Under the pieces are notes generated by a model that was not told the origin of the DNA, made no database searches, and was given only the letters and a program-made list of their open reading frames with translations. Made by a program: the position numbers and the translations under genes. This document shows, in pieces, positions 51,641-62,027 of a DNA stretch of 64,000 nucleotides. The DNA is from Botryllus schlosseri (lineage: Eukaryota). Position 1 is the stretch's first letter. Every line of letters begins with the position of its first letter. The stretch covers positions 30,940,001 through 31,004,000 of the forward strand of contig CM119371.1 of the NCBI GenBank assembly GCA_051294905.1. Reading direction: 5' to 3'.

Positions 51641-52822
51641 TTCAGCTGAGTGACAAGTAAACATCGTTACATCCTCACAGGATATATTGCAATACACAAA
51701 CATCGTGATTCGTACATAGCTACATCATCGCACGCAAACAACGCCGTTCGGTTACGGAGCCATAATGACTCCGGATTATCTGGTTACAAAACCAGTCATG
51801 CGTACAGTATAGACGTAGCGCTCAATTCAAAAGGATTGCAAAAAAGAGGAAGTTTGATGGAGTCGGTCATTTCATAGGTTGTTTTGTGAAAGTTGCAAAG
51901 TTTATGGCTTGTTGCTGTATTAAGCCGTGGATTGGATGGTAAGTATTAATGTATTTATTGTTCCTGTCTTCGTTGTAATATATCCGCCGAATCTGCAATG
52001 CGTCACTGGGTATAGTCGAACCTGAAGCAACTTAGTCGTATTCAGTCAGATACCGGCATATAGCGGGAACTGCCAAACGGCTGCAAATAGTGATCAAAGT
52101 TTACTGCGTATGCATTTGTATGTAGTTGTAGATCATGTGGTAGTTGGTAATGCGTTAGTAGTCCTAGACGTTTCACAAGCTTCCTTGCTTTTATTTTGTA
52201 CCGTACTGGCAATGTTAAAGTGAAGTATTTATCCAACTGTAGGAATATTCATCCTGAGGTGATTGAAAAAACTTCAGCTTTAAAAAATATGGGATATCAT
52301 GCTATACTTGAGCCTTTGATTCAAGATTTGAAAACCCTAGAAACATAAGAACCTGATGTAAATTTGTATTTTACAGATATACATACTGCAGTTGATTGTA
52401 ATGTTACTCCTGTGAGAGAGAGAGAGAGAATTTTTTATTCATCATCGCAAAATAACAAAACAGTAAAAAAAAATAGCATAAACTTCAGAATCACGGACAC
52501 ATACAAAAAAATGGTGACAGTGTCAATTTCAAAGCAAATGAGATGTGTACGAATATGATATACAGTTCATAGAATTGGCCAATATGTTTTACGATTGGAA
52601 GATGAAGCTGCAGCGAAGTGATCTGTTGATCATCGAGTCTACTGCAGCTGATCGAAGTAGATTGGCTATAAATTGCATACATCGTACTGCAACAGTGAAT
52701 TGTAAGACTGACTGGGTAAATGTAAGAGCACATGTTAGGATAAATGGAGGAAAAGAACAAATTGTACTGGTCCGAAACAAACGAGATAGATTGACCGGTA
52801 CTAGTTCGCACTAAAATATATT

Positions 52823-55800
52823 TTAGCTTTTGTATGATTCAATAAGGAAGGCACGATACATGGTTTTAAATACATATAAAGTATTGCTCCTAATATGCGA
52901 AGGAATGGAGTTCCATATCAGAGGACCTTGATAGGCAATGGTTTTGTGATGAGCCTTAGGTAAATACAGATTCATAACAGAACCTCTTGTAAAATGAGAA
53001 TGATGTTCACTGATAGGTGTAAAATAGTCCGAGAAAATGCCAGGTAGGGTGTTATTGTAGAACTTATGCATCAAGATGCCGACTTCAAATCTATAAATAT
53101 CATCAATTTTCAAAATTTTTAAATTATAATATAAAGGGTTAACGTGATCTCTACGGTTGGCAAGGCATATTAGCTTGATGGCTTTATTTTGCAGGCTCCT
53201 AACTCGATTCAAATGTTTCTCCCATGTGGATCCCCAGAGAATGATACCATAAGTTAGATGAGAGTGAAATAAGGTATGATAAATCATTATCCGAGTGGAC
53301 TGTGGTAAGATAAAACGTGACTTTCGAATGATACCTATGGTTCTAGATAGCTTGATGCAAATAGAGGTTATATGTTCACCCCATGTCAGATTGTTATCAA
53401 TAACTATACCTAAATAATGTATTCTTTTCTGTAGAATCAGGCTTTCCCTATTCAGCCTTATATCAATCTTGCTATTCGAGTTCCTTCCAAAGAGCATACA
53501 GTGAGTTTTTGAGGTATTTATGGTTAATCTATTTTTATTCATCCAATCCAATATTTTTTGCAGGTTTGAGTTGCAAGAGGACTCCAAGTCAGTTATATTG
53601 TTCGACGACAGCATCAGAGATGTGTCATCTGCAAATAACTGGATAGTAAACTCAGAGGCATTATTTAAGTCATTTATGTAGATCAAAAACAAGAAGGGAC
53701 CTAGAACGGATCCTTGTGGTACACCCATTTCAACTATTGATTTATCAGATGAAAATTCGTTACTTTTGACAAATTGACTTCTATTATTCAAGTAAGACTC
53801 CAATAGTTTATACATCACTCCTCTAAATCCATAGTGATGTAATTTACCTAGTAGTATAGTTCTATCGACAGTGTCAAATGCCTTTTGCAGATCTAGATAA
53901 ACACAAATGGTTGATAGCTTCTTAAACAGGCTCTGATAGATGTTATCAACACTGTCAATTACAGCATGCAAGGTTGAGTGGTTTTCTCTAAACCCAAACT
54001 GGTTTTTAGATAATATATTAAATTCATCTGTGAAGTTGGTTAATCTAATAAGCATTAATTTTTCTAAAATTTTAGAAAAGACTGGTAATATTGATATTGG
54101 TCTATAGTTGGATAACTTGAGTGGATCTCCTTTTTTGAAAACTGGAGTCACACGTGCTACTTTGAGACAATCAGGAAAGATCCCAAGTTCGAAACATTTG
54201 TTAATCAATACAGTGAGGGTTGGCGCTGTTATGAATATGGTTTCCTTCAAAATATTAACAGGAACACCATCAGGCCCCGTTGCCGAGTTTTGTTTTAGAT
54301 TGTGCACAATTGTTATGATCTCATTCTCTGTTGTTGGTTCAATAAAAATTGAGTTAGGTTGGGGCCTACCTAGGTAGTTCTTGTAAGTTCTAGATAACAC
54401 ATGTTTATCTGCTAGATTTTTTCCAATGTTCGCAAAGTATTGATTAAACTCATTGCATATGTCTTTCTCAGCAGTAATAATGACATTTTCATTACTGATT
54501 TTCGATGGAAATTTTTTTGGTTTGGAGGTTTTGAATAATCGATTGAAGAGATTCCAGATTTCTTGTTGATTCCCCTGAATCTTTTGGAATTGGTCCCGGT
54601 AATAATTACTTTTAGATTTTTTCTTCAATTTGGTAAGAATATTAGTGTACTTTTTGTAAAAAATTATTTTATCAGCATTGCCTGATAAAAAGTGACTTTT
54701 ATATAGTTTACGTCGAGTTGCTATGGATTTACGGATTGCATGAGTGAACCAAGGTTTGGTCGAGAACCGGCGTTCTTTGCGCGTTAGTTTGCGAAGAGGT
54801 GTGTATTTGTCCAAAAGTGAATTAATACAACTAATGAATGAGGTAAAGCATTGGTTAATGGTATTGGGTTCGGAACTGCAGACGGGTTGTAGGTCAGTTA
54901 ACGCTTCAGTAAGTTCGGATGAAAACAAATCAAGTGAGAGTCTTCTATAGTCGCGAATAAAAGATATTTTTGGTTTAACTCCTGGAGAGATATTAGCAAT
55001 CTTACAGAATATTGGCAGGTGATCAGATATATCACTGATCAATATACCAGAGTCGTGCTGAGAGTAGTTGTTCGTAAAGATATGATCAATTAGCGACTGA
55101 GTCTTTTGAGTTATTCTAGTAGGGTCATTTATCAGTGATTGACAAGAATAGTTAGTTATAAGATCAGCTAGTTCCCTAGAGTATTTATTTGATGTTTTAA
55201 GAAGGTCTATGTTGAAATCTCCTAGCAGGTAAAATTTCTTATGCTGTGCAGTAAGCTTTTCTAGGCAATTCTCAAGAGCTTCAATAAACTGAACCAGTGG
55301 TTGGTGGGGGTGTCTATAGATAGCTCCTATGACAATATTAGATCTATTTTTGTTGCAGATCAAGGGGGTCTCTATCCAAAGTTCTTCACAACTTTTTAGT
55401 TTTAGATCAAATTCAGTGATAGTTTGAAATTGGATACTACTTCTAATGTAAAACCCCACTCCCCCAACTACGTTTGGAGAGTTCGCATTTATGAATGAGT
55501 ATTCATCTAAGCCAATTTCATATGGTAGGACCGAGGCTAGTCGAGTTTCACTGATTGCAATTATGTCAGGTTTATGACTAAGATCTGAAATTATTGAGGA
55601 AAGAATCCCTATGTTCCTAGGTAGAGATCTCACATTTGCATGTAATAACAACATAGAAGGACTATCATCAAACAAGCAATTGAGGTTTTCAATGTTATGA
55701 TAGCTAGTACCAATAGGTAGGCTCATTCTCGGTGACCAAAGGTATTCTTGTGAAAGTTGCCAATTGTCAAGCAAAGAAAAAGGTAATATGGAGTTAACAC

Positions 55801-55969
55801 ATTGAAAACAATAGTAGTTCGCTTCGGATGATCCAAGACAATTAAATTGAAGAATAGTCAAATTACTACACTTGAGATGGAGCCAAGAATCACATAAATC
55901 ACAGCAAATAGCTCTCTGATTTGATTTACAGGGTTGTCGGCAGAAGCCGCAAGGAAACCTAATAGGCAT
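52823..55969 (-). CDS. LINE ORF2: PHD finger + APE endonuclease + reverse transcriptase (1048 aa)
   Basis: N-terminal C4HC3 (CGFC...CCDLC...HLKC...CFQC); endonuclease motifs HANVRSL, ISETRL, LGDFN, IDHIF, SDHLPI; RT motifs YRPISIL, DLQKAFD, GVPQGSVLGP, FADD, YLG. Confidence 0.96.
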   Translation of the reverse strand: MPIRFPCGFCRQPCKSNQRAICCDLCDSWLHLKCSNLTILQFNCLGSSEANYYCFQCVNSILPFSLLDNWQLSQEYLWSPRMSLPIGTSYHNIENLNCLFDDSPSMLLLHANVRSLPRNIGILSSIISDLSHKPDIIAISETRLASVLPYEIGLDEYSFINANSPNVVGGVGFYIRSSIQFQTITEFDLKLKSCEELWIETPLICNKNRSNIVIGAIYRHPHQPLVQFIEALENCLEKLTAQHKKFYLLGDFNIDLLKTSNKYSRELADLITNYSCQSLINDPTRITQKTQSLIDHIFTNNYSQHDSGILISDISDHLPIFCKIANISPGVKPKISFIRDYRRLSLDLFSSELTEALTDLQPVCSSEPNTINQCFTSFISCINSLLDKYTPLRKLTRKERRFSTKPWFTHAIRKSIATRRKLYKSHFLSGNADKIIFYKKYTNILTKLKKKSKSNYYRDQFQKIQGNQQEIWNLFNRLFKTSKPKKFPSKISNENVIITAEKDICNEFNQYFANIGKNLADKHVLSRTYKNYLGRPQPNSIFIEPTTENEIITIVHNLKQNSATGPDGVPVNILKETIFITAPTLTVLINKCFELGIFPDCLKVARVTPVFKKGDPLKLSNYRPISILPVFSKILEKLMLIRLTNFTDEFNILSKNQFGFRENHSTLHAVIDSVDNIYQSLFKKLSTICVYLDLQKAFDTVDRTILLGKLHHYGFRGVMYKLLESYLNNRSQFVKSNEFSSDKSIVEMGVPQGSVLGPFLFLIYINDLNNASEFTIQLFADDTSLMLSSNNITDLESSCNSNLQKILDWMNKNRLTINTSKTHCMLFGRNSNSKIDIRLNRESLILQKRIHYLGIVIDNNLTWGEHITSICIKLSRTIGIIRKSRFILPQSTRIMIYHTLFHSHLTYGIILWGSTWEKHLNRVRSLQNKAIKLICLANRRDHVNPLYYNLKILKIDDIYRFEVGILMHKFYNNTLPGIFSDYFTPISEHHSHFTRGSVMNLYLPKAHHKTIAYQGPLIWNSIPSHIRSNTLYVFKTMYRAFLIESYKS

Positions 55970-56011
55970 GGCTATCAGACAATCTCATCATCATAGATCC
56001 ACTTTTTCGTA

Positions 56012-56767
56012 TTATAGGAAAATGTTGTACCTTGATAAGTCCTCATCATTTTTGATTGACATAGCTCGGTCATCGTCATTCTTTTTCAGGTAGGTAACTC
56101 CATGTCTTGTCCAAATGTATTTAAATGCATTGGCTTTTTTGTACTTGTGACAGGCATTGAATCTAGTACGGTTTGACTTTGTGAGGCTTTCATTGATATA
56201 AATTTCTCGTTCTTTATGTAATATTGATCTGTTGCTGAAGATTGCGTCTCTGACTCTCCTCGAGCAGAATTTGGCTAGTATGACCGGATGTGGATAGTCT
56301 TCGGTGGGTTTCCCAAGTCTGTGGCATACACTTATGTCATGTTTGCTGATGTTCACTTCCAATTTTTTAGCTACAGTGATTACTAGATCGTCAGTACATT
56401 CATTCTTGTTGTAGGGAATTCCTTTTATTTCTATACATTCTCTTCTCCCATACTGGTCAAGGTCATTGATTGCTCTGCATGCTTCATTATTTGAAGACTG
56501 TAGGTCGTAAACCATTTTCCTTAGTTCACAATTTTGAGATTTGACTTCGGATAGTTCCCGGTCTGAGGTGTCGAGTTTTTCTTTGATTTCTTCATACTTC
56601 GCGCTTAGGAACTCAGCACTCTTTTTAAGTTCTTGCACTTCATTCATCAGATCAGCAAATTTCTGTCCAGTTTGATCTTTTTGTTCGTCAATTTTCTCTG
56701 TCAGTATATCCAGCTTTGACAGGATGGTCTCATAATCCACATTTTTCTTGATGGTCCTTTGTGTCAT
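56012..56767 (-). CDS. LINE ORF1 (coiled coil + RRM-like + C-terminal domain, 251 aa)
   Basis: Heptad-rich N-half, DQYGRRECIEIKGIP, HRLG and IYINESLT...YIWTRHG motifs typical of CR1/L2-group ORF1p. It lies 42 bp upstream of ORF2 on the same strand. Confidence 0.9.
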   Translation of the reverse strand: MTQRTIKKNVDYETILSKLDILTEKIDEQKDQTGQKFADLMNEVQELKKSAEFLSAKYEEIKEKLDTSDRELSEVKSQNCELRKMVYDLQSSNNEACRAINDLDQYGRRECIEIKGIPYNKNECTDDLVITVAKKLEVNISKHDISVCHRLGKPTEDYPHPVILAKFCSRRVRDAIFSNRSILHKEREIYINESLTKSNRTRFNACHKYKKANAFKYIWTRHGVTYLKKNDDDRAMSIKNDEDLSRYNIFL

Positions 56768-57082
56768 CTTTGAGCATCACAGTTCAGTACAATGCACATA
56801 TATTATAGGTATATATGTAGGTATATGTTCCTTAACACAATCAAAAATGATATTTGTGACATTGAAAATGAGGCTGCTGGAGATCATGAACGACTGAACG
56901 AGTGATTACAGTGGATCACAGATCTGAGATAGCTGAAACTGTGAGAACTGTATTTCGGAGTAATATCGGGGACAGTATATTCAACTTCTATATTACGACG
57001 AGGCATTTGCCTCGTATGATCTCTCGACAATTCAAGATAAAGGAGTAATACGACTAATCTTGACAGACGATGAAAGTAAGTA

Positions 57083-57526
57083 AACTACAAAAAGAAATTT
57101 GACAAATTTGGTCTCAAAATTAGACAAATTTGGTCTCAAATTTAAGAAATGAGGATGATTTGGTCTCATTTCACCACCCACTCACCATAAATGCTATTTT
57201 CGACTCAGACAACCATATATATATTGATCTGAATAGTACATGTGAGTAGTAAGTGGCATGTACCTTGATAACTATATCTAGTGAATATCTTGTAAACTCC
57301 TTAGTACAGTATCATCCCAACACTGCAAATTCTGGTCTCTCATGCTTCCCCTTCGCTCAGACCCTAACATTGAAAAGGATGCCCCCAAAGCACCCCTACT
57401 ATTTTCGATCAATTCCGGTCTTACTTTTAAGACAGAAATTACTTGGTAAGACTAATTTGTCTTTAAGACTTTTTCTGCTAAAAAATCGATTTGAGACCAA
57501 ACTTGTCTAATTTTTTTTTTGTAGTG
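57083..57526. mobile_element. CACTA-type MITE
   Basis: (C)ACTACAAAAA...TTTTTGTAGTG with internal inverted GACAAATTTGGTCTCAAA/TTTGAGACCAAACTTGTC; TA flanks. Confidence 0.72.
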
Positions 57527-57820
57527 TAATTATTACCACACATAAATTGGTAGGCTACTATACTAGGATTACACTCTTAACGCATATTCGAAGAGTTGTT
57601 TCGGGGTTCCGAACGACACTGATTCCAAATATGACCTTGGTGTTTTCAAATTGTCTCTGGTTTTGGTGATATCCCATGGGGTTATTTTGACGAACGTCAC
57701 ATTTTCACTGTATGGTCCAGATAAAAAAAAACGGCTAAGAAATTAAATCTACTTGTTATACTGAACACTGTATTAAATCAAAATGCAGTAAAATAATTAT
57801 ATTTAGGGTAATTGGATTTA

Positions 57821-58764
57821 CCGTAATTTTCCAAGTATAGTACGCCCCCATGTATAATACGCACCCCTAAAATAGCATGTAAATTCTGGGAAAAAGCCTG
57901 TACCCATGTATAGTACGCACCCTGCATTTCAGTACATGAATAGTTCCGATTTCGTATACGATGTCATTCTGTTTTGCGATGTCACTCTTGAACAATCATT
58001 ACACAGCGATCGCTAATCATTATACAATTAGCGGGATTGTCTTTGAACGATAGTAGATAGCAGCCAAAGCCTGCGAGGCGGGCGGCGCGATAGTTCAGGC
58101 TAGCGACACAGCATCTTGAGCACGAGAAGACCTTTTACAGATGCGATTGCTAATCATTATAAAATTAACGGTATTGTGTCTAAACGATAGTAGATAGCAG
58201 CCAAAGCCTGCGACGCCGGCAGCGAGTTAGTTTAGGCCAACGAACCGACATCTTGCGCACGATGCCTATTATAGATGCAATTGCGCCTAGGCTAAAGGTT
58301 ACGTAATGCGCAACAGGTCTGTTGGAGATGCGACTGATTACGCAAGCGATTATATCTTGCGCACATGGCCTCTTGTGTATGTACTATGTATAAATTGCGT
58401 ATGCGATTGTTCGGGCTGGTCGTTGACGCGATGAATTGGCGAGAATTGCCACGCACGAGTGCCTATTAGTGACCTAATTTTGCTCGCGTACAAACGGCAA
58501 ACCAACTCAGCAGGAGATCGCGTGCTTTTGCACACGACTCTCGTTAATTGGATACACGCGTCGCTTCCCACTTATTACTGCGCGCGATGGCTGAAAGTGA
58601 TGCGCGATTGGAAACAAACATGAAGAATGAAGATAGGTGTGATTTCAAGTTTTTTATCGAGGGAGATTTTTTTCAAGCGCGTTGTTCCCATGTATAATAC
58701 GCACCCCCCGATTTTAGGGCAAAAAATCGTGAAAATTTTGCGCATTATACATGGAAAATTACGG
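57821..58764. mobile_element. Tc1/mariner-pogo-like MITE
   Basis: CCGTAATTTTCCA.GTATA.T.CGC...GCGCATTATACATGGAAAATTACGG; preceded by TA; internal ~110-bp duplication. Confidence 0.78.
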
Positions 58765-59831
58765 GTATCATAATTGGAGTTTTTTATAGATTATTTCTTA
58801 AGAGACCACATCATATTTAGAGTGGTGCCCCTTTAATTTCAACCTTGCAATCGATTTCTTACAAGCACGTTGCTATTTTTGCGCTGAAGAGATATTTCCA
58901 TGGCTAAGCCAAGTATTATCGTGACTCTTCTATACTTGTGCAGAGAAAGCTGTTTGCAAAGTCAACACATCTACCCTTCCGAAGACGAACTTAGCGTCGA
59001 CGAGCATCAAAAGGAAATAAGTCAGAGTGGAAATAGAGGGTGCCAGATGAAGAGATGCTGCAAGATCGAATGAGAAGAACTTTTAAATCAGGCCGCGACA
59101 GTGTCGTAAATGGAACATCAGCAAGAATACTGATGGAGAATGAAGATCAGTTTGGACCCATGCTCCCTTGGTAGGTACAATCTAACGCAGTGGTTTCAAA
59201 CACAACATTGCCATGATCGAGTCAATCTGCGACTTTGCAACAAACTCACAAAGTGTTCGTTTTACAGAATGCTATGATAGTACAAAACAAACTACATATA
59301 TATATTCCTGAAATAATTTTCGATAGTTGTGACATATCCTCGACCACAAGCCCGACCTGTGCTTAAATTGAGACTACTGATAGTACTAAAGGCTCCTGCA
59401 GACAAACTTAATTAATTAGCTATGATGTAAATCTGTCACAATGTTCAGATTTTGGAAGAAGTGAAAATATGTTGCCTGAATCAAGCCTGTTTGGATGTTG
59501 ACTTGACCTCAAAGATTTTGGAAAAGACTTGGAGCTCAGCACTCAGTCTCCTGCAACCGCAAGAAATTCCGATAGAAATTCAAAAAGTTATGGGTAAGTA
59601 AGATACTTTCGCAAATTGAGTTAGTTGGCGGTCAATATCTGTCGAGTAGTTCTAGTCGCGGATTGTGAAAAATGATTAGTTCAAATTTTAGTTGCGGGTT
59701 TCGGGAAGTGAGTAATTCTTGTTCCAGCTTCGCAGTTGTGTAGGTGCTCAATAACTGAAAAACACATGTCATCGCGAGGGTGGGTTGAAATCGAATAGCC
59801 TACCTGAGTGATTCCACAGATCTAGTTGGTT

Positions 59832-60969
59832 CAGGGATGGGCAATTATTTTTCTCTGCAGGCCACTTCAGTAATAGAAAGTAAGTTGGCGTGCCGAGCCA
59901 AGCCAACATGTTCAGCTATATTCTCCATTGTATTGATTTTATTTATAAATGGAAAGCAGTGAATTACATTTTTAATAAATACGTCTCCGTGGATGTGTTG
60001 ATATTAGATAGCCTAATGAGAAAAGTACGGTTAATTAACGAAATGAAAATTTATATTCATTTTCCCTCCTAATTCAAGATAATGTTAAACATGATACATT
60101 TTGAATTCTCTGTAATCCTTGTTTTTATATCAATACATTAAAAGGTAAGCTATATCTTAACAGTGCGACTTGATGAAATTGACATATATATATATCGGTT
60201 TCGGCCGACATGTGGCGGTACTTCTGGTCAAGATTTCCTCGCCGTTCAGCTTTTTTGCAGCACACTTCGCAGAGTCACATGTTAGCCGAAACGTCATTGT
60301 CAACGTCTTGGTGTGTCCTGACGCGCTAACGGCCGACGCCGAAATGCTAATCTCTATAAATTAGCTGTTCTTGCGGGTAGAGTGGTACCCATATTATTAT
60401 CAAAACATCTAGTCACTATATATCGCACGAAGAAAATTTGAATTAAATTTCATAAATTATAGGATTTATGTCCATTTACGAAGTAATTTTTGGTGCTTCG
60501 AGCTCGGGCCCTCTCCATTTGAGGGGTCTGGGATGCGGCAGTTGCGGCCCTGTGTTTAGTGCTCCATACCTTCTTTGCATTTCAGCTTTTGACATGCTTT
60601 TTATGATATGTCCATTCACCCTTTATGTATGATGAGGTCTCAGTCAAAACGCGCACTGACAATGGCAACAAAGAAGGTTTGAACCAAACTATACGGAAGG
60701 AGTAACTTATTGTGACTTATTGTTACGACTTTGCTACATTGACTTGATTTTAAATCTGGATTACGCATACAAGCTTGGGAGGGACGTACGCTATGTAATC
60801 GCGATATATTATTGAGCAGGTTTCAAAGTAAATCAATTTCCGTTCCAGCTCAGTTCATCCAGCTTATGGTTTTATTCAGCAATATTCAAAAGTAGGTTTT
60901 ATGTTTTTAATTCCAAAAAATGGCCACACGTGCTTCTCAAAATAGCGGGGCTCACTTTGCCCATGGCTG
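59832..60969. mobile_element. Old hAT MITE
   Basis: CAGGGATGGGCAA...TTGCCCATGGCTG; degenerate TSD AGTTGGTT/AGTTCGAT. Confidence 0.6.
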
Positions 60970-61703
60970 AGTTCGATGTATTATAGTTCGTTAGTTGCGG
61001 ATTTATAAAGGTCATTACTTGGTAGGATATTATGGAAATAGGGTATTTCAAGTTGCCGATTTTAAAAACTGTCTGGTTCCTAAGGCAATGTTGAAATTTG
61101 CATATTTTTTGCCACGCCCATATTTGCAGTTCACACTACACAAACAGTAACTGCATTCATTTAATTTTTGTAACTGCATTTATTTAATTTTTAAACCGTT
61201 TTTTTTCTCGAATGTTTCACTTGAGCTGATCTCTCACTTCTCATTCAGGTAATCAGAAATTGGACTGGGTGGTCGGCATACCCACCATTTTCAATGAACG
61301 CTTCGACAGCTTCCTGATTGTGGATAAGGTGAGTTGTTGATAATGGCCAAAACTGGTTTGCTCAATAATACTACAAGACAATACTACAATAATAATAATA
61401 ATAGTTAATTCAGATTCAAGTGCTCGAATTATTATGCCCAGCCCTACAAACAATGTGAGTTTAGTGTGCGCCATTGCCTCGCGGGAAAACCAGTCCAAAA
61501 CCATTGATATTGTTAGTTGTGATTTAGTTCGTAAGCTCCTGATTTGAAAAGGTTGCTAGTACTAGTTCTAGTATCAAATTTTAAAAAGTTCTAGGTATAG
61601 TTGTAAGTTATAGTTATATTTGTGGATTTTGAAAATTGAGTAATTTTAGTTACAATTCTAGTTTTGAATTTTATAAGGTGATTGATTAGTCCTAGTTTTA
61701 GTT

Positions 61704-62027
61704 TCACTTGCGGGTTTGAAAAAGCGAGTAGTTCTGTTTTCGGAATTCCCAGAAAAGACACAAACAACCTTTGGCCGGGTCGCAATCACCAAAGTTGAAC
61801 TCCGTCACCAAAATACAAGTTTTCAAATCCTGGATTAACCGCCCATCCGTGCAATAATCCATCCATTTATTAATAATTGGATAATCGTAGGTCGTAGGAC
61901 TCGTAGCATCAAATAGTATAGTGGTGCAGAGGTAAAGGAATGGAAGACTGTGCATGTGTGCATACTTGATATTGTCAAGTGAAAAGTAGATTTTGTACAT
62001 ACCGAGACAATTCATAGACAAGGTCAT
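61704..62027 (-). pseudogene. Second degenerate EnSpm-type transposase fragment, opposite orientation
   Basis: LGMYKIYFSLDNIK...RLIQDLKT parallels the 52100-52350 remnant (PLIQDLKT). Confidence 0.45.

Larger units (their letters stand above)
52414..56950 (-). mobile_element. Full-length-like non-LTR retrotransposon (CR1/L2 group, e.g. Crack/Daphne-like)
   Basis: Intact ORF1 and ORF2. The 3' UTR ends AATAAA followed by a (TC)n tail at about 52414-52440. The 5' boundary is approximate. Confidence 0.88.

Noticed and set aside
51700..52021. Minus-strand CUB-domain-like peptide (CRFGGYITTKTGTINT...YCTHDWF)
   Set aside because: It needs several frameshifts and stops, and it lies inside the EnSpm relic next to a plus-strand transposase remnant.
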